Assembly (NCBI RefSeq): GCF_001194135.2
Contig: NC_068999.1
Location: forward strand, 41,350,937-41,389,413
Length of the DNA: 38,477 nt
Source: Octopus bimaculoides
Lineage: Eukaryota
Reading direction: 5' to 3'
Both the position numbers and the translations under genes were made by a program. The notes below the pieces were generated by a model, which saw nothing but the letters and a program-made list of their open reading frames with translations, did no database searches and was not told the origin of the DNA. Below are positions 24,169 to 36,482 of the stretch, one piece after another; the stretch's first letter is position 1, and each line of letters begins with the position of its first letter.

Positions 24169-24784
24169 TCAAGTCTATATAAGCGCACACAGATGCCCAT
24201 AAACAGGCTCACACATGAATTCATGAGCATATAGAAATATGTAAATACAAGCACACAAAAATATGTAAATACAAGCATACAGAAATACGCGTACAAACAT
24301 ATACAATATATTTACGCTCGCGTGCACAAACACACATGCCTACAAATAAAAATATCGAACAAACGCATCTAAATATACATGTACACTAACAGGTGCGCGC
24401 ACACGAACGGAAACACACGCACACACACTGATATATATATAAATGGCACACATAAAAACATGCTAGCATAGATAAAGAGCGTGTTGATGTAAAGCACACA
24501 AAAACATACATACATACGTATGTACAAGTACACACGTACAAGCTGTTTTCACACTCACAAGCAAGTGTTTAAACAACCACGTGAACATACATACACACAC
24601 ACGCGCACATAAAAACACAAACGCGAGTGCAAACACACACACGCGTAAACATGCACACGTACACACACACAAACATGCTTGTTACAGATTGTACACAATA
24701 ATTTATACACCGAGTAATATTGAGGTGTATAAGAAAATAGATGCTAAATGAGGTATGTATATGATTTGATTTATATTGTTTCAG

Positions 24785-24805
24785 TTTCCAAACGAATCGC
24801 CAGAG
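24785..24805 (+). other. Candidate 21-nt symmetric microexon
   Basis: atgatttgatttatattgtttcag|TTTCCAAACGAATCGCCAGAG|gtgagt: strong acceptor and donor, all three frames open. Confidence 0.45.
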
Positions 24806-24964
24806 GTGAGTAAATTGTTGAACGTCATGAAAACACAAACAGCTTCACTAATACGTTTGAGAAACTAATACGTCACGTGTCTTCTTCATAGTTATACTCA
24901 TCACAAGAGTGCACTTAACCAGTGTAATGTCTTTTTTCATAGCCTACTAATTATAACTCACACA

Positions 24965-25019
<55 letters not shown>

Positions 25020-25020
25020 G

Positions 25021-25655
25021 GTGGTGGTGGTGAGAGAGGTTGCGTGTGTAAAAGTGAATGAGGAAGAGAGAGGAGAGTGTGTGCGCGAGAAAGAGAGGAA
25101 GAGAACAAGAGAGGAAAGAGTGTGTGTGTTTGAGAGAGAGGAAGAGAGAGAAAGAGAGAAAGGAAGAAAACGAAAGAGGAAGGTCTGTATGTGTGAGAGA
25201 GAGAGAGATGGGAAGAAGAGAGCGAGAGAGAGAAAAGAGAGTATGTGTGTGAGAGAGAACAAGGAGATAGAGAGAGAAGAAGAGAGTGAGAGGGGGAAGA
25301 GAGAGTGTGTATGAGAGGAAGAACAAGGAAACAGAGGAGGGAGAGGGAGCGAGAGGAGGAAGAGGGAGAGAGCGGAAGAGAGTGAACGGAGGAAGGGAGG
25401 GAGTGTGGGGGTGAGGGGAAGCGAGAGGGAGGGGAAGAGAGTGAGTGTGTGGGAGAGAGAGCGAGAGAGAAGAGGGAGTGTGTGTGTTTGAAAGTGAGAG
25501 AAAGTGAGTATGTGAGACAGGGGAGAAGGACAGATCGAGAGAGCGAGAGGGAAAGAGAGAGCGAGAGGGAAAGAGAGAGCGAGAGGGAAAGAGAGAGCGA
25601 GAGGGAAAGAGAGAGCGTGAGGGAAAGAGAGAGCGTAAGTGTGTGCGTGTGTGTG
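25021..25655. repeat. Purine-rich (AG) low-complexity tract containing an 18-bp minisatellite (gagagagcgagagggaaa x~5.5, 25537-25636)
   Basis: Direct reading. Confidence 0.9.
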
Positions 25656-27734
25656 NNNNNNNNNNNNNNNNNNNNNNNNNNNNNNNNNNNNNNNNNNNNN
25701 NNNNNNNNNNNNNNNNNNNNNNNNNNNNNNNNNNNNNNNNNNNNNNNNNNNNNNNNNNNNNNNNNNNNNNNNNNNNNNNNNNNNNNNNNNNNNNNNNGTG
25801 GGTGAGAAAACCTGAAGAGGAGAAAATACAGATACCCCCCACACACACACACACACATATATGTCTATATATTATATATACACGCACTCCCATACTTGTA
25901 TCGTACTCACATATATATATATATATATATACACATATATCATTGTATGTGTGTGGTGGGGGAGTCGTGTCTAGTGGGTTTTACAGTGTTAGGCAATAAA
26001 TCTACTAACAGGATGTAGCACTTTATTGAACAAGAATGAGAGGGTCCGGACAGAGTGATTCCAGTGTTAGAATTATATCAGACACCAAATAACCATTTTA
26101 ACTATCCTAGGAGACATTACTTGCAAATGCACTCTTACTATTTCACAAAATCGGATAGAACGATTTGCATTACATAACGCATTTTTCTTCACTTGTATCC
26201 TGGGTAAATTCCTCGAACGAGGATTCACTGCCTCTCACATCAATCGTCGTTCACATCTTCACCTTTTTCTCGAGTGGCTCATACCAAAACCTCCTTTTGA
26301 CTCACAACGCTTGCAAAGAGGAGATGTAGATGTTGTTTGTGTGTTGTTTCTGTTTGTACTGTTCAAACAGATTTTGTTGTTTTGTTACTGTTTGTTTGTT
26401 TTTTAAATTTTTGTATTCATTTTAATTAATGCTTTCCTTTAACTAATGTTTCAAATTAATTAACATTCTTTTTGAGCTTTATTGCCTGAAACTAAATTCT
26501 GTTCGTTTGATTTTTCCATTGTTTATATATGAATTTATTATTTGTGCTTGGAAATGATTAGGGAGCGTTATCGTTTATGTTATTGAGACTACTACTGTTA
26601 CCACTACTCCTGCTCTCACCTTCTGAGGCCATCTTGAATCACGAATAACAATACAAATAGCTACCATGCAAAAGATGTACCCACGGTTTAAAACAATGCT
26701 TTGACGTGTATAAAAACAGGCGACGGTGTATCGATAAAAGGTAAATTGAGAAATTAACTAACTTTGAGGATTTGAAGTAGAAATAAATGGTCTGAATACG
26801 AGTCAGATATTGTCATAAAACATAATAATTTCATGATTTTATAGAGTTTCTCCATAAAGGTTGACCATATTGATGAAGGAAGGGGGGCTTGGTTTGATCG
26901 TGGAATACAAAATGGGTAAACATCGTAAGATCATTTACTTAGCGAAACGATTAAGAAATCTCAGAACCTAGCTAAAAGATATGAACAGATTTTGAAACAC
27001 AAGAGCGAATTTGAACATTTTACCGTAACGTAGAATTTCTGCAACATGAAAATTTTCACCAGAGACTTTCGAGTTAAAGTGAAGTCATGAGGAAAGTGCA
27101 TTTCACGTTGTGTGGTTCCACATTACGGCAAGCATTTCGAGAAACTTCCATAATGCGGGAGAACGTCCGTATAGTAAAAGAAATCCGTAAAGAAATTTAC
27201 ACAAAAAAATAAATATAAATAGATATAAATGAAAGCAATTAAAACAACCGCATTGGCGTAGAAAGACTTCACTGACGCTAGTTCACGATATCACATAAGA
27301 TTGACTTCCTATTGCTCCAAGTAGTGGACCCCTGGACCTTTGAAAATGCCCGTGAATTTTCTCGATGTTAAACTAAGCTCAAATTTTGTCTCACCCTCTG
27401 ACAAGTTCGCATGAGCTTCTTGATAAACTAAAGGCTTATTTTTGACTTAAGTTTTCCTCAAGCTCATCCTTTGTCCTCTCACCTATACTGCTCTTTTCTT
27501 TCAAATGGTTCCCATCGTCTGTCTTTTCTTTATTGTCCGTGTTTCATCCCACCACAGGAAGAGATAAGTTTCTCATAGAGTGTCATGCTGTTGTTTAGTC
27601 ACCAACTTGCGTTTTCTCTTCTGTTTAGTCATATTGTTTTCTCGTTTTTGGCTGTCCTAGACATTTTACAATCCTTTGCAAGACTCTTCAAATTATTAAA
27701 AACCAATTTATGTCAGGATCACAAACACTAATTA

Positions 27735-27920
27735 GGGTTTCAAATTCTGGCACAAGGCCAGTAAGTTCGAAGGACGGGACAAGTAGATGGGTTTAGTCGA
27801 TTACATTGACCCCAGTATACAACTGGTACTTATTCTATCAACCCCAGAATGTAAAGAGTCGGAAGAAATATCTTAAATGATTTTTCCGACGTTCTAACAA
27901 TGCCTCTAGCTCACTCTTTT
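27735..27920 (-). mobile_element. SINE family B (variant tail)
   Basis: caaattctggcacaaggccag…agtcgattacattgaccccagtatacaactggtacttatt. Confidence 0.7.
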
Positions 27921-28150
27921 AATAATAATAATCCTTTCTACTATAGGCACAAGGCCTGAAATTTGGGGAAATGGGCCAGTCGATTAGATCAACCCCAGTA
28001 CACAACTGGTACTTATTTTATCGATGTCATAATGATCGAAAGCAAAATCGACCTCGGCAGAATTTGAACTCAGAATATAAAGAGTTGGAAGAGATAAATA
28101 CCTTAAAGGATTTTTCCGACGCTTTAGTAATCCTGTTAGCTCACTCCCTT
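27921..28150 (-). mobile_element. SINE family B, tandem with the preceding copy
   Basis: aataataataatcctttctactataggcacaaggcc…acctcggcagaatttgaactcagaa…; reverse complement of the 14781-15007 type. Confidence 0.8.
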
Positions 28151-28485
28151 AATAATAATAATAATGATAATAATAATAATAATAATAATAACAACAACAA
28201 CAACTTGGATAAATGCGTATATGACATTTTTGTAAATAGTAAGGCTTTAAGAGTTTATTGAAACTGCGGTCATCTCAAAAACCTAATTAGTGCGTTATTG
28301 TAACGGAATATTTTGACAAAATATTTCAACTTAACCAATCTTTTGCTTAATTGCACGGCATTCAACGGAAAATTTTATGTAAACTATTTAGTTGCTATCG
28401 ATGCGTGCATATATGCTATACAATTATGTGTGTGTGTGCAGGCGTAAACATAGATGCGTTTATATGTGAGTGATGTATGTGACTG

Positions 28486-28541
<56 letters not shown>

Positions 28542-28644
28542 TGTATGTATATATTATATAGTTTATGATTATATATTCTCATTTACTATATATTTTATCA
28601 TTCATACACGTGCTTGTGAACGTGCGTATATAGAGTTTATATAT

Positions 28645-28685
<41 letters not shown>

Positions 28686-28928
28686 CGCACATACAATCAC
28701 ACAAATCCTATACAAATACGCAGTGACCAAATAAAATGTAAATAATTATCATGCTGCTGAAATGACTCGATGTTGCTCTTCCGGGTTTCACGATATTTCG
28801 TTGATCATGTTAGTATAAGCGTGGTGGTGGTAGTGCCGGTGTGTGTGTGTGTGCGTGTGTGTCAATGGAGGCTTGTGCAAGATTCAAATCTTTCCTTTCG
28901 TAAACTATGAACAAATCCAAACTTAAAT

Positions 28929-29110
28929 CAGGCTGAGTAAAAAGTAAGCAACCTTTTGAAGCATGAAATTCATCACAATATATCTCGACAATGCGGAAAT
29001 TTTATTCATCAAAGTAAGTATCATTACAATCAACACATTTTTGCCAACGAGTTACAAGTTTGTTTACTCCGGTAACATAAAAATCTGGAGTTCTGAAGCT
29101 GGTGAATTGC
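28929..29110 (-). mobile_element. Mariner transposon 3' end with transposase C-terminal remnant (29002-29106)
   Basis: Minus-strand translation FTSFRTPDFYVTGVNKLVTRWQKCVDCNDTYFDE*, matching the mariner/Hsmar1-type FY.TGINKL..RWQKCVDCNGSYFD terminus; TIR-like caggctgagtaaaaagtaagc. Confidence 0.8.
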
Positions 29111-29316
29111 AATGCAGGAGATAGGTAAATGTGTGTCCCAAAAGTAAAACAGAAGTACTTGAACGGGTTTTATATTGCTAGAAGTGAAAGACTGTGAATA
29201 TATATATATATTGATAATAATAATAATATGACAAGAAAAGAATGAATGAGACCTCGATACTATGTAAATAGAGGAATTTATTTATAATATAACATGTGAC
29301 AATTAGACGGTTGCCA

Positions 29317-29378
29317 TAATAAAACTCAGAGTTTCGGATGTCGGGGCGGAAGCCTGTCTGGCATTTCGTCAGTTATTA
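29317..29378 (-). ncRNA. Minimal type I hammerhead motif, left arm
   Basis: UAAUAA-CUGACGA-AAUG…CAUC-C-GAAA-CUC(U)GAG-UU-UUAUUA: 6-bp stem I, intact core, stem III ACUC/GAGU with 1-nt loop; stem II base irregular. Confidence 0.6.
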
Positions 29379-29387
29379 AGTTTGTCT

Positions 29388-29450
29388 TAATAACTGACGA
29401 GATGACGGAGCAGACTTCCGCCCCGGCATCCGAAACCCTGAGTTTTATTA
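29388..29450 (+). ncRNA. Minimal type I hammerhead motif, right arm
   Basis: UAAUAA-CUGACGA-GAUG…CAUC-C-GAAA-CCC(U)GAG-UU-UUAUUA: core intact, one mismatch in stem III. Confidence 0.6.
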
Positions 29451-29480
29451 TGGCAAACGACTAATTGTCACATATTATAT

Positions 29481-29527
<47 letters not shown>

Positions 29528-30639
29528 TCACACTTACACACAGACACACATGTGTGTATGTAAGAAAGAGAGAGAGAGAGAGAATTTGTCAGTATGTATA
29601 CATGTGTAAATTTGTACATATTTGCCTTATAAAACGCCCTATCTATTATAAGCATCAGCGAAAATTTTACATTATTATTGCCAGTCCAATAATAAGGTGG
29701 AATCAATAGTTTTAACAGTGACGATGTTGGCAACAGCAATAAATTCTGGCAGTTCTTACTAACGAGAATGGTCTCCATGTATAATGGCTGTCCATAATAG
29801 AGGAGAAGATTTAGTCATAGAGAACATTTAGCATATTTTGGTTGTTTCGTTCAGTTTTTGAGTTGTCCGATTGGCTGGTTGGTTGATTTCATCATCTGGC
29901 AACAACAAAGAAATATTTATTATTATTGCTGTTGTTGTTGCTGTTGTTGTATAGCACGTGATTAAGCAGAAATATAATCGAGGATATTCCAGCCATGACT
30001 ATTTAGACATACCTAGTTATAGATATGCTAAATATCAATAATTTATCATTTCACACGCCAAGCAAATATTTGCTATGTTTAGCACCGTGCTACCCAGCAT
30101 GTGGTTGAGCAAACTTAACGTTGATGGCGTTCCAAATGTAGCAATATCTCGTTATATTTAGTCATCTATTTGTAGGGATTTAACGTATATGGAACTCATC
30201 TCAGACACCTAAAACTCACTGGGATTTTATTGGTACCTTCAGTAGAATCAGAGGCTGTCTAAACATTAGAGCCACGGTTGGCCAGGAACGAGGATAATTC
30301 CTGAGTTGTGGGCTATTTCTCCAGTTAAAACCACAACCAATCCAAGAGATCCTCATGACAAGGGCGCGTAACCTGCCTTTCTTTGCAATTAATCCATAAA
30401 CAATTATCTTCTGCGTCTTTTCAATAAGACTTTAAGTTGTGATTGAAGATTTCATGACTACTTTTTTCTAATGAGTCCAGCAACAACTTTCAGGCTTACT
30501 CCTTGGTTTGTTATTATATTTATATATTCTATATATTTTTTCAAAAACGTCTATATTCTTATTATACCTATATTTTTGATAGATCTATATCATTACCATA
30601 TGTATATCTATTTACTATATATCGTTATTGAGTCAAGAT

Positions 30640-30920
30640 TTGTGAGTGGGTTTGGTAAACGGAAACTGAAAGAAGTCCGTCGTATATATATATATATATA
30701 TATATGTCTGTGTATATGTTTGTGTCTGTGTTAGTGCCCCAAACATCGCTTGACAACCGATGCTGGTGTGTTTACTTCCACGTAACTTAGCGGTTCGGCA
30801 AACGAGATCCGATAGAATAAGTACTAGGCTTACAAAGAATAAGTTCTGGGATCTATTTGCTCGTCTAAAGGCGGTGCTCCAGCATGGCCACAGTCAAATG
30901 ACTGAAACAAGTAAAAGAGT
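30640..30920 (+). mobile_element. SINE family A, 5'-truncated, well preserved
   Basis: tgtgagtgggtttggtaaacggaaactgaaagaagtccgtcg(TA)n…aaggcggtgctccagcatggccacagtcaaatgactgaaacaagtaaaagag. Confidence 0.9.
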
Positions 30921-31329
30921 ATATTTACTATAGATATAGTAACGATATATATACTACGATATTCACATCGGTGATGTATCTTATATTGTTACTATATTCA
31001 TACCGTTGCCATATCAATATATTTGCCATATCTCGATCTATTATATCGTTACTATAAAATACTAACGATTGAGTCAATCAACGACCGCCACCACCACCAT
31101 CAGGTATCGTCCTACTCTCATCAGATTTCATACCAATGGGTCGTTCTTTTGTTATCCTTGGTTGACTACGTCAGGCTGCATGATGGGGTTCCAATTCTTT
31201 TTCTTGTAGCTGGTAGGCTGGGTCCCGGTTCAATTAGAAATAGCAAATCAAATATCCATTTAATCATACATAAGAGCGTTTCAGGAAAAATGGGACACAC
31301 TGAGTAATACAGTCCAAGATACCTTGAAG

Positions 31330-31590
31330 CGAAATGCTGAAATGCCTGCGACAAAAAGGCTACACGGTCGGAGTTGACCTCAAGCTAAATAACAAAGCCA
31401 CCAGCAGATACTTATCAGTATCAAAAGAGCAAAGACGGAGCAGACGATCTCGCTTGCTGTGTATATGTAACATATATGGGAGCCACAGGGAACATAAATG
31501 TGAAAAGAAACAAAATGAGATTTGGAAATGTGGTGTCATGGACATCCGTAGCCGATCAAAAAGATGCCTGGAGGGAGGCTGTTAAATAAC
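31330..31590 (+). mobile_element. Probable old RTE-like LINE C-terminal remnant
   Basis: Frameshifted LRQKGYTVGVDLKLNNKATSRYL…EQRRSRRSRL… then …VSWTSVADQKDAWREAVK*, fitting the RTE tail pattern (RQRRLRW.GH…R.RGRP…W…A.DR..WR..V); weak similarity. Confidence 0.4.
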
Positions 31591-31625
31591 TTTAAAAGCT
31601 GTCATGATCGGTAGTGATCGAGAAC

Positions 31626-31626
<1 letters not shown>

Positions 31627-31716
<90 letters not shown>

Positions 31717-31765
31717 GCGCGCACACGCACGCGCGCACGCGCACAGGCGCACATATCCATATGTG

Positions 31766-31802
<37 letters not shown>
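31627..31802. repeat. Long (AC)n followed by (CG/CA) and (TA)n compound microsatellite
   Basis: Direct reading. Confidence 0.95.
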
Positions 31803-31807
<5 letters not shown>

Positions 31808-31897
31808 CATGTATATATGCATACAGACACTTTATATATACTTACATGTATATTTATATGATTAAATGTATGAGTGTATACATATATTTATGTCTAT

Positions 31898-31931
<34 letters not shown>

Positions 31932-32188
31932 TACATACAATCAACTAACAGTGTTCGTATTATTCGCTGTGTTAAGTCGATGTGTCTTTCTGTAAGACAA
32001 TGTGTGTGTACTGGTGTGTGTGTGTGTGTGATTTTAAATTTTTTTAAAACATATCGTTAGTTCAGTTCAACAAAGTGAAGATGAAAGCGAATAATAAACG
32101 TCCTTTCATGTTCACTTTGGAAATCAGAAATCACTGACTCCAATGTAAACAGAGATTTAACGTACAACACTACTTTATCTATTACTAA

Positions 32189-32237
<49 letters not shown>

Positions 32238-32354
32238 CGAGAGAGAGAGAGTCTAAATTTAATTGTAGATAGATATCTGATGTACTTGTATGTATATGTA
32301 TATACATTTACGTATGTATATACATATTTACATATATATATATATACATACATA

Positions 32355-32405
<51 letters not shown>

Positions 32406-32590
32406 GTATGTATGTGTCTATGCGGGAAGAGCTGTCGAGCTGTGTGTGTGTGTGTGTGTGTGTGTGAACGCAAGCACGAATGAAATCTCGTTCCAAACTT
32501 CATGCTTTCGAGTTTAGTTCCAGGTCGCGGATGTTTTCCAGTATAACTCTAGACCGATCAGGCTCTTATATGTGAAACTTTGTCTTGCAG

Positions 32591-32612
32591 AAACTGCACA
32601 GAAGCCTTTTGA
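32591..32612 (+). other. Candidate 22-nt microexon
   Basis: gtgaaactttgtcttgcag|AAACTGCACAGAAGCCTTTTGA|gtatgt. Confidence 0.2.
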
Positions 32613-32650
32613 GTATGTACATAAGTGTTTGTGTGTGCGCTTATAGATTG

Positions 32651-32790
32651 ATGTAGGTTTGTTTACGTCCCCATAAATTAGCAATTCTGAAAAAAATATA
32701 AATGATCAAACAAGAATTAGAATTATCCCAACTAAATTTTCTAAGATGGTACTCCAGCATGACCGCGAGTTAATGAATAAAAATAAGAAG
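32651..32790 (+). mobile_element. SINE family A 3' fragment, diverged
   Basis: gtttacgtccccataaattagc…ggtactccagcatgaccgc. Confidence 0.55.
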
Positions 32791-33245
32791 TGACAGGTTA
32801 CAACTACCTCTAAGACAGAAATAACGCAACATCACCTCCAAACCGCCAACTTGTCCATTTGTCCATACGCCATTTAGGGATCCATATAAGATTTTGTTGT
32901 TAAAGTTTATCCAAATAAACTGTTTACATTTCTAAGATACACGAAATCTTTTAACAATTTTTTTTTTCATATCATTCCCAATATCTAACAACAAAAATAT
33001 AATGGGATTTCTTTAAAACATTGACTGTTTGTGGAGGTTCAGTAGACAAAAACTGGAATCAAAATGATTCATAGGCAAAAACTGGTTTAGATTCACTGTC
33101 CTAACTGATCAGCAGTTACACACACTACCACCACCACCACCCGAGAAAGAAATGTCTGCAATATGCTAATTAACTCCTCATCCATGATATTATTGTGAAA
33201 ACAATTTATAACTTAATCTGCTGGATGTATTTTCCCGACTGTCAG

Positions 33246-33308
33246 CTATACCAAATGCATACCGGAAACTGAATGCCACTGGAACATTCCAATAAAAACA
33301 GCAATCTG
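33246..33308 (+). other. Candidate 63-nt exon (xYTKCIPETECHWNIPIKTAIx)
   Basis: gtattttcccgactgtcag|…ATCTG|gtgaga; one open frame, phase 2-2. Confidence 0.2.
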
Positions 33309-34068
33309 GTGAGAATATAATGCATGTATAACAGACCCGATGTTGTTCCATAAGCAGTTATCTGGCTTGGGTAGGGGACCAAAGCTACCCGACATGGACA
33401 AGAAAACAGAATTATGTACTCCAAAAGAGTTCAGCCACCCGGTACGGGCAAGGAACCAGTATCATGCACAGCAGTAAAGGTCAGACATCCGGTAAATGTG
33501 AATGTCACGTACAAGACTGTTGGAGAAGAGACTATTTGTGGTTCTATGGTGATGTAAAGAGGAACCTGGAGCTCTTCTGTTGAGGCTGCAGGATTGTATT
33601 CGTCCCATTTACGGTAGACATACTGGCCTATGTAACAACAGATTTACATAACATTTTTGAAGATTTTTCAAAGAAAGAACAAAACAAACTGATTGTATCT
33701 TACAAATCCGATCGATTAATGGTACACTGAAGATTTATAAAGATTTCAGACTCTCCATTTGAGTCTCTTAGAATAGACGTATGCACACAGTCACCAGCCT
33801 ACATACATGCGTACATACAAAACGCGCAGTCAAATGCGCTGAGGTATGCATCCGCATAACATAAATCTAAGTATATCCACACATACACCTGCACACAAGT
33901 GCACTCGCTCTCACATAATCACAAATACCTGCAGTTGTCTTGACACGAACAAAAAAGCCTTGTCAATTTGCTAGTGAACAAGTTCAAGTTTGCAAAGAAC
34001 TTTACTTCTGTAAGAAAAGTATGCATGCCATAACATATATACATGTGTCCACATATATGCATTTATTC

Positions 34069-34112
<44 letters not shown>

Positions 34113-34293
34113 ACATGCATACACACATTACATACATGCATTTCATACATATGTACATATAGACAGACTACACATATATATTCATAAGTATATACATATA
34201 TATGTATGTATATATATATGTATATATACATGTAGATATATATATGTGTGTATATATATGTATATATGTTTATATATACATGTGTATATATAC

Positions 34294-34342
<49 letters not shown>

Positions 34343-34881
34343 TATGTGTATATTTATTTATATATATATATATTTAACTACACACAAAAATGCATATATT
34401 CACTCATTACATACTTATATACATGTATACACGTACACGCCGATTGCATATATACATTACAAAAATATATATCTTCTAAAGCAAGACATGCGCTCCATGA
34501 TACAAATATATCACGAATGAGCGTCCATTTTGACAGGACAATAACAGGTGACATACATGAAAGGTAACTAATGAACCGTATAGAGGCATTGGACAATCAC
34601 AGTAAATACACCACTGTATCTAGGTGAGTGTATATACACATGGATGTGTAAATATTAAATTGCGTGTGTGTGTGTGTCTGTGTGTGGGCGAAACCTGGGG
34701 TTAACTGTTCAAGGAAAAGTTAGTAAAACAGCTTACAATGAAGTATTGAAGTATTGAATATGTGAATGAATAATGCCAACATATGTATTTATATGTATAT
34801 ATTTATTTGTCTGTGTAAGTACGTGTGGGTGAGTACACACACACACATAAATATATATACATTTTTATAAATGCAACCACA

Positions 34882-34950
<69 letters not shown>

Positions 34951-35019
34951 GCGTTTGTGTATAACTGCACGCATACATATACAATCAGGTGTATACACTT
35001 ACACGCGTGTACATATGTG

Positions 35020-35058
<39 letters not shown>

Positions 35059-35377
35059 GTATTTATAAATGTAACTTCACTCATACATAAATAGACATAA
35101 ATATACATATATACATAACACACAACATACAANNNNNNNNNNNNNNNNNNNNNNNNNNNNNNNNNNNNNNNNNNNNNNNNNNNNNNNNNNNNNNNNNNNN
35201 NNNNNNNNNNNNNNNNNNNNNNNNNNNNNNNNNNNNNNNNNNNNNNNNNNNNNNNNNNNNNNNNNNNNNNNNNNNNNNNNNNNNNNNNNNNNNNNNNNNN
35301 NNNNNNNNNNNNNNNNNNNNNNNNNNNNNNNNNNNNNNNATATATACATACATACATACATACATACATACATACAT

Positions 35378-35420
<43 letters not shown>

Positions 35421-35869
35421 GACGTTAATATGTGAGAGTGTGTGTGTGTGTGTGTGTGTACACAACATATTTTTTAGAAATAAATATTAGTACACACATT
35501 CAATACACGCACACACGTGGGTGTAGGTGTATGTGTGTGTATGTGTATGTGTGTATGTGTATGTGTGTATGTGTGTGTGTGTATGTGTATATGTGTGTGT
35601 GTGTATACCCATGCATAAAGATTAGGTCAATGGTATGCTTCGCTATCATTATAAACAATTTGTATCATTCCCACCTATTAACATTGATCTGATTTGTACA
35701 AGCAATGAATTTTCATCGAAGCTGATTGATTTTTACGTTTCTTTGTGTTTTAATTTTTAACATTTTTCGTATCGCTGTGGCGGCGGGGAGGGGGGGGTAT
35801 TATTTGTTTTTAGTTTGTTTGGTTTATGGTATTTCATAATCAAATATATTCTTGTATCATCATTTTTAT

Positions 35870-36170
35870 TGTTGTTCTTATAGCCGTTGTTTTCTTTTAT
35901 GTTTTTTGTAATTCTGATTGTAGCCGTAGAGCGGTGGTGGTGGCGCTGTCGTTGTTGATATTATTCTTGTTGTTATTGCTGCTTTGATCAGTTTTTTTAT
36001 CACACCGACCAATAACATGTCCATACTTAGTCGAAAGACCCCGATCTATTGCTTCAGATAAACCAATTCCTTGCTTATCTTGGTATTTCTGCATTGTTTT
36101 TGGTGCTTCTACTGCTACCGTTGTTGGTGGTGGTGAGTGGTCATCACAGATTGTGGTCATCACAGATCGT
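35870..36170. repeat. GTT/GGT/GCT trinucleotide low-complexity tract
   Basis: Direct reading. Confidence 0.65.
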
Positions 36171-36482
36171 TCTTGATTGCGCCATACCAGTCTTTCTCAA
36201 ACCTTCCCCCATTTTCTTTTACTATCGTTTTCTTAAACGCCACAAGCCCCTGGGGTTCACCAAAATTAAATACACCACAAAAATTGGCTAAACATTGGGT
36301 TGGATCACCGTTAAAAATTTACTTGTAGTTGAGTTATTTCATCAATACAATATGGAATGTCAAAATAACATTTCAGTCATGAATATTGACACAAGGCTAG
36401 CAATTTTGGGGTAGAGGAAAGTCAATTAAATCGTTCCCCATTCTCTCAGCTAACCACTCGATGTCAACCATTAATATTCGTT

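Larger units (their letters stand above)
29283..29484. repeat. Near-perfect palindrome (98/99-nt arms, 5-nt loop), probably an inverted Penelope-like terminal repeat
   Basis: Arms 29283-29380 and 29386-29484 differ by 9 substitutions and 1 indel by my alignment; loop tttgt. Confidence 0.92.
2164..35339. other. Eleven assembly gaps (N): 2164-3101, 4472-4809, 5694-6463, 8645-9478, 10126-10651, 16243-16252, 17745-18005, 19113-19397, 22877-23195, 25656-25797, 35133-35339
   Basis: N runs read directly; most are flanked by (TA)n/(TG)n runs, typical of short-read scaffolding. Confidence 0.97.

Noticed and set aside
7458-31124. Isolated CTGANGA heptamers at 7458-7464 (-), 19485-19491 (+) and 31118-31124 (-)
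   Set aside because: No downstream GAAA with matching stems; expected by chance.
33435-33452. PPGTGK Walker-A-like peptide
   Set aside because: Lacks the preceding hydrophobic strand and following T/S, and the frame is interrupted by stops.
1847-35468. Long ORFs containing X runs in the ORF track
   Set aside because: They are open only because N gaps contain no stop codons.
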